From assembly GCA_032718475.1 (NCBI GenBank), contig JAUCBJ010006519.1:1-55233 (forward strand): a stretch of DNA of 55,233 nucleotides, written 5' to 3'. The DNA comes from Nemertoderma westbladi (taxonomy: Eukaryota > Animalia > Xenacoelomorpha). Under the pieces are notes generated by a model. It saw only the letters and a program-made list of their open reading frames with translations. It ran no database searches and had not been told where the DNA came from. Shown here in pieces: positions 11,401 to 23,324 of the stretch. The position numbers and the translations under genes are program-made. Within the stretch, counting starts at the first letter, position 1. Each line of letters begins with the position of its first letter.

Positions 11401-14400
11401 ACCAGTGTGTTATACCGACGATGGCAAAAGCCAGGCTTCTCAAGAAGAAGACAGCGGGAAAGACACTGAAAGATCTTACTATGTCAATAAAACGCCTAAA
11501 GACATGAGTAAATTCAAGTCTCGAACCAATGACAGGAGAGAACAGATAAGAAAAACTCCTCCTACGTCTCCTAAGAGAATTCATGTAAGAAAGCCCGAGG
11601 AAAGAACGAGTGTACACAACGTTATTCAGAATAAGGTAAGTAACATCAAACCGAAATGTGCGCTGTGTGACGGGCCCCACTGTTTGAATGTGTGTGATGA
11701 ATTCCTAAAGAAATCATTAAAAGATAGACGTGAAGTCATGTGGGATAAGCGGTTGTGTTATAATTGCCTCAGACAAGGACACCATCAGCGAACCTGTTAC
11801 TCCGACGCAAGGTGTGCAAAGTGCGGCGCCAAACATCATATCTTGTTGCACACTGAATTCGAACGAAACAGCCCAAGTCAGGTAAGTGAGTCCGAACTAC
11901 ATGTCCAATTCAGTGATGTGAACGACACGGACCAAAGTTCTGAGATGGAAGGATTCTATACGGACGAATTCTCCGACGAAGACGAATCCTGTTACCTAAT
12001 AAATACCGCAGTGTATCGAGAACTTACGTATGAAAAGGACATCGACAGTGAGCCCCCCCTAACTACTCCCGACCGACAACCATCTTGGAAAGCACCAACT
12101 TCCAATGTAGGAATCCGAGAATTTCCAGTAGTGCAGGTGAGAGTCCACGGGCCACAAAAAAGTGATATAGTGAACGCCCTTCTTGACTCCGGCAGCACAG
12201 GAACATTCATCGACAAAGAACTAGCCGAAGACATCTTTGCTGGACAACCCAAGTTCCGAACTAAGTTAAACATGTCAGGAATTATGCAGGTTTGGAAATC
12301 TACAGTAATTGCAGATTACTATGTAGGTGCGTTGTCCACCCCCCAGGATGAACTAGGAGAACACAGTATAAGGTCAGTAAAAATGGTGGCGATAAAGAAC
12401 TTCGCTACCAGGCAAGTGGAACCTTATAACTGGGACGAGGATGATTGCACCCAGCAGCACCCAGCTAGATTCAACACCGACTACCCTGGAGTGCAAATAC
12501 TCATCGGCCAAAATGCGCATGTTGCGCTTGAGACATTGGAGAAACGGCCTGCTCAACAGCAACCACTACAAGTCTATGCGGGAAGAACTAGAGTAGGTTG
12601 GTACTTTACTGGCCCTTCCCTTAGAACTCTCATGGAAAGACTACCCAACGGAAAAGAACGGGTCTACCAAGTAAGTGAATGGGAAGTGGAGAGCAGTGAG
12701 GTGGACGACCCAACTGAGGGAACACCATACTCCTCAGATAATGACGATATCTACCAACTCTTTGATGAGGAGAATACCATCAACCTCCTTACGGAAAACG
12801 AAACTTGGCAAAACCAAGTGAACCTATGTCAACTCATGTGTCCATCAGGACAAGTCAACTATAACGATGAACTGAATGACGTAATAGATCGCTACAACAC
12901 GAAAACTCGGGATGAGCACGCCGTACGATTCTTTACTCAAGAGGCTGTAGAGCCCAATTCCTACGATAAGGCCCTATCGGTAGAAGAAGAAAGAGCCAAA
13001 CAGATCCAGGAGACAACTACACGTTTTCTTAAAGATCAAGGTAGATATGAAATCGGTCTACCATTTCGAAAACGGGAACCTAAATTCATAAACAACCGAC
13101 CCTTGGCGGAGAAAAGAATTGCGCAGCTACATCGACGCCTTACGGCGAATGCTTCAGCTAAGGAAATGTACAAGATTCAGTTGAAGAAATTTATTAACAA
13201 AGGATACGCGGAGCGAGTACCGGAAGAAACACCCATAACTGAGAGGACGTACTATCTAACACATCATTACGTTCCCAAACCCAGTAAACCACATGAAGCC
13301 CGTGTAGTATTTGACGGCTCCGCCCTCTACATGGGCCAATCACTTAATTCCGAGTTGTTACCAGGACCCAACTTACTCCAATCTTTGTTGGGAATACTCT
13401 TAAGATTACGACAATATTCAATCGCTTTCGCCTCCGATATAGAAGGCATGTTCTTACAAGTCAAGGCGCTGGATAGGGATCGAGACAGCCTACGATTTCT
13501 GTGGTGGCCTCAACCAGAAACCGGTGGAGTACTGGATGACCATCCAGGCTTTTGGGATCATCTCAAGCCCTTCAAATGCCTGCTCAGTGGTGCGAACCAC
13601 TGCTGATGACAACCGGGACGCCTTCTCTAAAGAGGTGATCGACAACATCAAACGGGATATATACATGGACGACAATTTAAAGTCCTTCCCATCAGTGGAA
13701 GAAGCCATTGACGTCGCCAAAGGGACGGTAGAGTGCTTGAAAAGAGGTGGATTTCGATTGACTATATTCACCAGCAACTCCCGTGAGTTTCTGGAATCGA
13801 TTCCGGTAGAAGACCAAGGAACGAAAGATCTAGACCTAATCAAGGACGATCTTCCAGAAACCAAAACTCTTGGTTAGAAATGGGACACAGAGAGAGATAT
13901 CCTGTTTTTTCAGCTAAAACAGCGAGATAATCCAGTTCGGACTAAACGGATTTGTTTAAGTATCCTGAGCACTTATTTCGATCCATTGGGATTTATTAGC
14001 CCAGTTATATTGATTGCTCGGAGTTTAGTACAACAAATGTGGCTTGAAAACCACTCATGGGACGATCCACTCAAAGGAGAACTCTTAAAGAAGTGGATGA
14101 AATGGGAAGATTCTCTACCATCCATCGAGAACTTTATAATTTCCCGTTCATATTTTGGTCATGTTCTCCCTAAGTATTCCTATCAACTCCATGTGTTTGG
14201 AGACGCCAGCGATATGGGAATAGGTATAGTAGCCTACCTGAGAGTTGAAACTCCGGATGGAATCAAAGTCGCCTTGGTTACCTCTAAGGCCTTGATTAAC
14301 AACAAGTTGAAGGTTCCTCGAGCGGAGTTAAAAGAGGCTCTATACACTACAGCCATCGGCCGGAATGTAACAGAACAGATCGACTATCCACTGGAGAAAA

Positions 14401-16537
14401 CTGTTTATTGGACCGATGCTTTACTCGTGTTGGAGTATATAACCAATGAAGTCTGTCAGTTCAGCGTCTTTGTTACCAACAGAGTAGCCATTATTCTTAG
14501 TCGCACGAAGATAGATCAATGGAGACATTGCCCCGGAACGATTAATCCAGCAGACAACGCCTCCAGGGGAGCAACTCCACAAGAACTGATAGATACCCCA
14601 GACTGGTTAGGTGGACCCGACTTCCTAAGCAACGAAGAGGATGAATGGCCTCCTCATCTTACTACGACAGAGATTAGACAGGCCAAGGGAGCGGAGAAAA
14701 TCAAACCTAAAACCCGGGCGAGTAAATCGAAGTTATTTAAACCTGTGATAGATCTGTCTGTACTACACACTTCCGGAGACGACGCTTTGGATCTGAAACC
14801 CCCAGCCACAAATAAGGCTGTTGTGGAAATTCGAGAGGAGAATGGAAATCTGGAATACCAGACGTCTCGCAAGGACTCTCATCTCTCCTGCGGGGAGTGA
14901 TACATCACTATAGTTCCTGGAATCGGCTCTGTAAGGCCATTACATATTTAAAGCGATGTTTTCATCATCACTACTCCCGGACGAAGAACACTAATGATAC
15001 CGCTCCACTGACATCTGCGCAGGTCCATGTTGTTAAAGATCTTCCGAAATACAAGATATCCGACAGGTTTCTGAAGGAGAAGATCAGTTACCAGGAGCAT
15101 GAAGAAAGCAATAAGCAGATACTGAGACTCCTGCAATGCTATGAGGATTCCGATAAGTATTTCCTGTTGTTGAGAAATCCACAGATGCGCTTAAGGGATC
15201 GTTTCTCTAGCACAATGATAGATGGGTTAATACGCGTTGGAGGAAGACTAACTAAAGCTCCCTTATCCTGTGACACTAAGTTTCCCATACTCATTAGAAA
15301 TCTTGAAATACAAATCAAGATGATTGTAGATGTTCACAGTAAGCTTTATCATGCTGGTAGAGAGCGAGTTCTTAGCAAAATTCGAACCCGCTATTATTTT
15401 TATAAACCCCGTAGAGCTCTGAACCAAGTTCTTAGGAACTGCATACCCTGTAGGAAAGCATTCAGTAGGCCTTTAACACAGCGAGAGGCAGAATTACCTA
15501 GGGAACGAGTAAGCTTCTATGAACCACCCTTCACTAATACCGGTGTAGATTTATTTGGCCCTATTGAAGTATATCGTGCTAGGACTATAGTCAAGAGATG
15601 GTGTGTCATCTTTGTTTGTATGACTTGTAGAGCTATCCATCTCGATATGGTGAACGATTTATCTACTAACAGCTTCCTATTGAGCTTACGCCGACAGATC
15701 GCTCGCTTTGGAACTAGTAACACGATGAGATCTGATAAGGGAACAAACTTCATTGGTGCCAACAATGAAATCAAGGCTTACGTCAAGGATTGGAACCAAA
15801 GACAGGTGGACGATCAGCTAAGAATAACAGCGTCTAGCTGGACCTTCAACGCCGCCGACGCCCCTTGGTGGGGAGGAAGTTGGGAGAGATTAATCAGGAG
15901 CGTGAAGACCGCATTTCACTTTATAGTGCCGTGCCGCGCGTATCTCACCGAAGAACTTTTACGGACGTTAATGGAGGAAATTGCCTCCTATCTCAACGAG
16001 AGACCGCTTATGCCAGTCTCTTCGAGTCCCGATTCCCTGGAAGCGCTAACACCTGCGCACTTCCTACTGAAAAAACCTGTAGCCATGCTCCCACGATCGG
16101 AAATCACAGACGGAGACGAATACTGCCGGCAAACTTGGCAACTTATGCAGTTGTTATCCCGTCGTTTCGCTGACCATTTCGAAAAACATTATCTGCCCAC
16201 GCTACAACTTCGAACTAAGCGGTTTGCGCAGCAAGAAAACGTCAGCGCTGGAGACATGGTCCTTATTGTGGATTCCGACCTTCCACGTAAGCGGTGGCAG
16301 ACAGGTCGTATCATCGAGACACATATCTCGGATGATGGTTTGGTGCAATCGGTGGAACTCATCGTCATGCGACGTAACTTTAAGAAACCGGGAATTGTCT
16401 TCGAGACACAGCAACTCAATCGCCCAGTTGGTCGTTTATGTTTACTGGAAAGAGACAGAGAACTCTCCGGAAACTATGGAAGGCAAGATACGACCACCTC
16501 CCTAATCCAACAAACATCTAGGGACTCCCCAACGTAA
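8498..16537 (+). pseudogene. gag-pol: BEL/Pao gag-pol polyprotein of A, disrupted (stops 8732, 10118, 11321, 13875; frameshifts ~13510, ~14840)
   Basis: Coiled coil, FNGDEMKWLPF gag core, triple Zn knuckle, LLDSGS protease, YMDD RT, FGDAS RNase H, APWWGGSWERLIRSVK integrase, LTPAHFL tail. Lesions identified by comparison with B/C. Confidence 0.95.
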
Positions 16538-17090
16538 CAGCGTCTGGAGTGGGTGTGTGACTATATTATTTTATATTTGTTCTTATTATTTTATATTTAT
16601 GTATGTATTATTATGTAATTTTATTATAATCGTTTTCTTTAATTTTATTTAGTAGAAGGTTATTTTAGCGATTTTTTAGTAGATTAGTGCAATATATATT
16701 AGTGTTTATTACTTAATTACTTATATATTATATATTTAGTGCGACGGCGAGAAATAATTCTTTTTCTCTTTCCTTACTGTCCGTATTACATTACAAATAC
16801 GTGACTACAGTAAGATGAAATATCCGTACTTATTAAAGTACAATAAAGCTACTACTATATTCAAGTATTATTGGTAAAGTAGAGTATTAGGAATGCAAAA
16901 TTCAGATCCTCGTGTCTCGGCTAAACCAAGCTCTGGGTAGACCTTGGAAACGACTTGCCTCTTCACACTGATATTGCTTCGTGCGATATTGCTCTCATAC
17001 CGTATATTAAATAATACATATAGTAGCGTGATGTCCCTTTAACAGTAGCGTAAAACGCAAAATAAATCTGTTAAACCCTTTGACCATCTG

Positions 17091-17370
17091 TAATTCTAGT
17101 CGATTAAGATATTGCGGCACCCACCGATATACTTGAAAGACAAAAATTCTAGAATCAGTGGTTAATGTCCCCAGACATGTTCTGGAATAAACCGGTGCCC
17201 ATCCTAAATATTAACTATTAATATTTATAAAATCTGTCAAATTTCAGATCCTTTAAAATTCTAGTCGATTAAGATATTGTTGCACTTACCGATACTCTTA
17301 AAAAAGACAAAATTCCTAGAATCAAGGATCCCAGTTCCCAGACATGTTCTGGAATAAAATTGGGTCTATT
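17091..17370. repeat. ~165-bp tandem duplication in pol-ORF3 spacer
   Basis: AATTCTAGTCGATTAAGATATTG...CCCAGACATGTTCTGGAATAAA twice. Confidence 0.8.
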
Positions 17371-17958
17371 TTAATATTAAATAATAAAATTTACGGGAAT
17401 AAATTCTAATTAATCTCTTTTAATGAATTTGATAAATTGTCATTTTATACAATTTATAACATTCCCAAAATTCCATTAATTAATAGATCATGGGAGCAGA
17501 GATTCACCCTATTAAGTGTATTAGTGTGCGAGAATCTCCAATAGATATTCAATAGCCGATAAAATTTATAAAATCATGTATAAAGGGGATATTGACAATT
17601 AAAGAATTACTATTAAATAGCATCCCAGATCTGTATGCATGAGAATTACCCTAATTCTACTGCTAGCTTTCCATAATGTCACCATAGCAACAACCACGCT
17701 AGAGTTAGAAGTGAGTTAAAAGAACAATAGAAAGCTTGCCCCATTGAATAGCATAGGGAATAAATAGCACACTGCTAGTATCCAAGGATACATAATAATA
17801 ACGTGGCATTCTGGAAGGCACTGACTAACGGACAAATGGCCTGCATGTGTACAATTTGTGACAGTTGTGTGGAATTTGTGCGTTTATAGGTGAATGCAGC
17901 GACGCCCACTAGCCTAAATATAAACTCATTATAATATTAATAAACTCATATAGCAGAT

Positions 17959-20900
17959 ATGACTGAGTTGATAGAAGTTGATCTTGGTATCAGGGAGTGA
18001 TATACTCTACCTTTACAAGCGTTTGTTGATAGCTTGATACGCGGCGACGCTGGTCCAACTACTACAGAGGACGATGGTCGTTATATCGAACCGCCAATGT
18101 CCCAGGAGCAACTTACGCGTGAATTGGACTATAGAAAATTCACCGCTCGCTATACACATCGTAATGGTACGTATATGGACTTCTTAACTACTGGCCATCC
18201 TATCGATTTACACGATACGGACGATGTAGACACCGAAAGGGAAATGGTTTTATTTAAATATCATACCCAGCGGATTCGTAACGATAAACCGAGAATAGAA
18301 CACAAGAATTATATTCGAAACAGACTCGAAAGAGAAGACGTTGAAGAGCCAGATAAACGCAGCGACTTCAACGATTATCTGGAATTCCTGAGAGAAACAT
18401 ATCTCAATATTGCCAGTCAACAAAATGTGCGTCTTTGGTATTACTGCGACGAATGCCCTAGACCCAATCAGCAAACGGAAAAACATAAACATCCGCGGAG
18501 ACGTTGCGCTAAACACAGTTTTACACGATATACTTATGGGAGTTTCGAGCGAAACCTGTTCGACGTATCACCTACGCTCGCTCGGCTCAAACGATCCTTA
18601 AATAAACCAATGATCAGAGTTCCAGAATACTCGGTCAGACCTCCTCATTCCTCAGTGAGACTTCAAACGCTTGATCCTAATAGTATAACAGATCTCCCTG
18701 AACTGTACACACTATTTAAAGATCTTGTGTTACCCGAACAATTAATCGGCGGCACTCTGGTAGTGGGCTCGCTAGATATTCGCCAACCCTACCTAGCCGG
18801 ATTAGGACGCGGTCATCTAATATCGCCGTTTAACCTGTACAACTGTCCAGGCTTAACCCCGATACAACCCATTACCGAAGTCGAAGAGAGCGTTGTACGA
18901 AACGCGTTAGACGCTATTCGGCAGAAGATCGGAAAAGGAACTTATGATTGTTTAGAGAAACGCAAATTGCAGCAACAAGTCCAAGCGGTAAAAGAATTAG
19001 CTTTACCCCAGTTCGATAGAGAAATCCAGAATCTCGAGGAAGACATCGAACGTGGACGAACCTATTCTCTACAAGAGTTCCTAGACGAGCGTTTACAACA
19101 ACAAGCGGAGGAAAATCAGCTCGAGGAGAAACACATAGAAATGGATGAGAGAGAAGAAGCAGCTTTAGCCCAGCCAGAAGCTCAAATCCTTATGACGGAT
19201 CTCTATTCTAAAACCATCATCCATCCTTCAATGGTTCCCAATTTCGGAGACAAATTCTTCGCCACGACACAGCCTCAACCGGTTGATATCAACCTAACAT
19301 CTCAAAATCTTATCGCTGACGCTCCCATGTTGCAACGTCCGCCAATCGAGGCTGCTTGTGTCGATGGTATACTCGTTGAACCTCCGGACAATAGAGCAGA
19401 TATTGTCCGTCGTATGGTACACGAGGTTAACATACGCGCTAGACCTTTACCGAACTCGTTTTATGGGATTAAAGATCATCCTTATTATGTCAATCTAACG
19501 CAATATTACATAGTAAAACCTGAAGATCCTACACATAGTCTGAAGTTTCTACCACTAATAAATCCTCTCGATCTTGTCGAACTCGAACAACTACAGAAAC
19601 ATCTGGATCAGTTAGTGAAAGTAAACTCATTTCGAAAACCCTATAATGTTTCCAGAATAGAGAAAGAGACAATACCTCGGTATAATCTTGATGGATTCAT
19701 CAAAACTCGATTAGTCCACTGGAATCTCGACATGTTATTCGAGGAGGAAAGAATACAACGATATGGAGATGTGGAAACATATACTACACAATATTTAAAG
19801 TATATAGATCTACCTAATGCTAGCGAATGCGCAACCTTGTGGCATCCAGTGGGAATGACTCTAGAAAACGCCACTAAAGAGTGGAATGAGACTCTTAACG
19901 TTATCGAGATGTATGGAGTTGTAACTTACGATAACGAAGGTAACATTCCGGTTGGAGAACTGGGAACTACGCGCATGATACATATACGAGGACTATCTGG
20001 TTCTACCCACGTATTTACTCGAGCGTGTTCCGATGTGATTGATTATTCTTTTGAGACCATTACCGAGATACAAAAGAAACTCCGACATGGACAATTCGAA
20101 CTCGCGCAGCGTTACGTCACCGACACCGAGCGCAAACCGGCCATGGGTATCGATGGATCGATGTTACCCCAGCCCATGCTTGAGATGTTGTTTAACGAAA
20201 GAATCCTTAAAATCTGCTCAGCTGTTTATGGAGATCTCCAAAACGACTTTCGGAACATGGAGAACATTCCATACCCCTTCGTCGATACTCAGCTGATTGC
20301 TCCCTGGGCAGAAGGCCGAGGTTTCTTCCGCACTATGTATGCAAATACACCCAGCGGCATCACTAAAGTACAACGAACCTCCATCGGACATCTTGCCTTT
20401 CAAGATAACGGATGGAATTTCAAGGTTGGAAATCCTATCAACTACCAACAAGTATATGGAGATCATTATTCTCGATTATACTTTGACGAACCATTGACTG
20501 CACCTGGCGCCGTGTATAGCTTTATGAGCGTTCCACTTCGTCCCTCCTTAGCTATATACACGATCTTTGAAAACGCCACACTTGCCGGTTGGCTAGCCGA
20601 TGTGTGCAGTCGTACCATACGCGCCCATCCCTTAATACTTGGAACCAAACTCGCCAAGCTAGATGAACACAATAAATTCATCCGCTTCGAATGTTTCAGG
20701 CGCTTTCTGACTCCGTTCCGTAACGTTGATAGTCAGTTCAAGGAACGCGCTCTGACTAAGCTCAGCCTAAGAGACTCAGCCGCGGAGAAGTTAGACAGCG
20801 CGGGATTCGCCCTTTTCAAGGACGTTTGTATACAGAACTTACATTCATCTGTTATACAAAGACCTCGAATACCCACGGGTTATTCTGTCATGGAAGTTCA

Positions 20901-22032
20901 GACAGTGGGTTCGCTTGCGGAGACATCCGCACCTACCTCAGCTATGCAATTGGAAGACAAACCAATATGCTTAGAATCTGAGGAGATTCAGCCTACAGCG
21001 CCCCGGAGCAGCGATAACGACTACGTCTTGGAATGGTATCAAGGTCCACAATGTCTCACCGCATACGATTATCGGCACGCTAACTATGTTTCTCGAAAAC
21101 GTTGCCGATTATGCGCATCGAGAGATCATTTCACCCCTATGGACTCAGACGCACCCTGCTCCTATTTCCATGAACAACCGATGATGGAGATCTATTGTGC
21201 GTATTGCAGACTCAATAACTCGCACATTTTCGCAGTCTGCCCCCAATTTATGACTCAATGCCATCATTGTCAACTTAAAGGACATGCCAGTTTTGATTGC
21301 CCTTTTAACCGTGATCTGGAAAGTGTAGATGAGATGATTACTCTGCGCTACATCCGAGCTTGGGAAGCGAATGCGGATTTACATTGTGAGTCACGCCATC
21401 GCTATTACCCTGGACGCGCCTATGAAGGAGTTTACGCGTTCCATCCTTATCTATTCACGTCTGTTGAACAAAAATCGCGCACACCGAGTTACGAACTAAT
21501 GAAGCGTATAGGTGAGTGTATTTCCACCAAATTTGTTCGTAAATATCTCAGGAACATCAATCCTAACGATATTAATTCATACAATTTGATTAATTTCGTC
21601 CGTCAAGACCCCGAGTATGGCGATTTGTTCATCAACTCGCACCCTGAGTTACAGGAAGTACATCGACGGCCCTACGAATATCGAGCCCAAGAAAGCGAAC
21701 TGGAAAGAACCATTAAACCGAGGAAGTTTCTCACCACTCGCGGTCCACCTACCGCTATTGTCCAGACGACTCGTCAGGGACCAGTAGGAGCTGCGGTCCT
21801 AAGACGCGCTCTAAAGGCTGTTAGACCTCGCTCCAGTGAGGTTGATATCGATCAACCCGGTACCTCGACCGGCGGATATACCAATTGTAATCCTAAACCT
21901 TCCGATGCAATTGTATTGCACCCTTCACCCAGGAGTTATAGCCCTCCTAGTAAAGTGGCTCGCCCCAAAGAGAAAAAGACTCTTGCTAGCCTCAAAAAAC
22001 TGCGTAAACGCCATCCGCGCAAGAAAGACTAA
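17959..22032 (+). CDS. Accessory ORF3 (~1357 codons): putative DEDDy 3'-5' exonuclease plus Cys/His knuckles; one premature TGA at 17998
   Basis: Long ORF between pol and 3' LTR; ATG 17959 conserved in B (34645); VVTYDNEG, MLFNERILKIC..VYGD, FVDTQL, LAIYTIFE; CxxC knuckles at 21100-21305. Domain call is by motif resemblance only. Confidence 0.72.
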
Positions 22033-22110
22033 CTGTTTAGAGTATTTTTATATTTTAGAAACTGTGATTTTTTATATTTTATAGAATTAAATCCCATTTT
22101 CTGGGAGTGG

Positions 22111-23324
22111 TGTAAAGGCTTTTGCGGAATTAGCTAGTCATTTTCCCCGCAAAGTACTCTGTAGATGTTTTAACAGACATAAAAAGCCGTTTCCTTACTG
22201 TACCGGTGTTTTAGTGGACATAAAAAGCTATTTTTCTGTATGTGTACTTTAGCGGACATAACTAGCGATTTTATGCCGCAATACGCCAAAATACTCTTAA
22301 TCCAGTGTAGTTCAGATTACGACATCTATCAGCTGATTTGGTGTACTCGTGGAGCTTTCTTTTTGTTCAGGCTCACTCTGTTCACTCACTCGACCAATCA
22401 GAGCGATTTTCATTTTATTTGCACAGAGGCCTCCGGGAAATCGCGCAATGCATTATGGTTTATGTTTACCTTTTTTTCCTGATGCCAGAACATCGGCTTT
22501 GGAATTATTCTGTGTTTCAGACTTTAGCCAAACATTAGAACGGCTTTGATTACCGAAACGTATAACTGTTATCATACCTATCAAACCTGGCATCTCAAAC
22601 CTCAACAAGTCATACCAGTACATATCAAACTGTACATGCCTTTCACCGCATTATTTTACTGCTATTTACTGTCGGTTATTAATTGTATCAGTTGATGGAA
22701 TATTGTTATATTTGGATAATATCGATAAATAATCATAAAACCCCATCTTCTTGATATACTGAAGGTAAGAGACCGGTTACATATAGCAATTGCGACATAC
22801 ATTATATTGGTTTTGGAGTGAATCTAATGCTATTTCATAGGCACTACATGTGTCAAATGCTGTTCTCTTTATATGTGACTAAAATTAGTGAAGGTCGGCA
22901 GATTGGTATGCCCATTGTGCGATAGTGTACATGAGTGTGACAGATAACAAAGCATCTCCTAAAGAATGCGCCTTATACGTGAATCAATAGCCATCCCGTT
23001 GTGTTTAGTATAAGTCATAACTCTGTTTACATATTTAGAGCGCCACGTCCTAAAGGAACTGTTAATATTTCCCAAAAGTGAATAATATTTGTCAGAGATT
23101 ATATATTAACGATCAATCGAATAATACAGTAGGCTTACACCGCAATAAGGTCAGAGCTTCCGAATCCAGTCTCCCGGGTAAATCCAGCGGGTGAATGGTC
23201 GCGCATAGGCTGGCTTCGGCTAATGTAGTGTATCAAATACTCGTCATAGGCTAAAGTCGATTTATAACTTAGAAGACACCTAAAATTAGCGGATTAAACT
23301 GCTAAAAGTCTAAAAGCGCAAACA
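22111..23324 (+). repeat. 3' LTR of element A
   Basis: Matches 762-1973; followed by TSD GTGGA. Confidence 0.96.

Larger units (their letters stand above)
762..23324 (+). mobile_element. Full-length BEL/Pao LTR retrotransposon A with extra ORF3
   Basis: Paired ~1.21-kb TG...CA LTRs, 5-bp TSD GTGGA (757-761, 23325-23329), purine tract GGGAGTGG before 3' LTR, gag-PR-RT-RH-IN order. Confidence 0.96.

Noticed and set aside
18034-22032. ORF3 as env, host gene, or selectively preserved/domesticated gene
   Set aside because: No signal/TM segments; lies inside LTRs in A and B; one stop in 4 kb vs six lesions in 8 kb is not clearly different from neutral decay.
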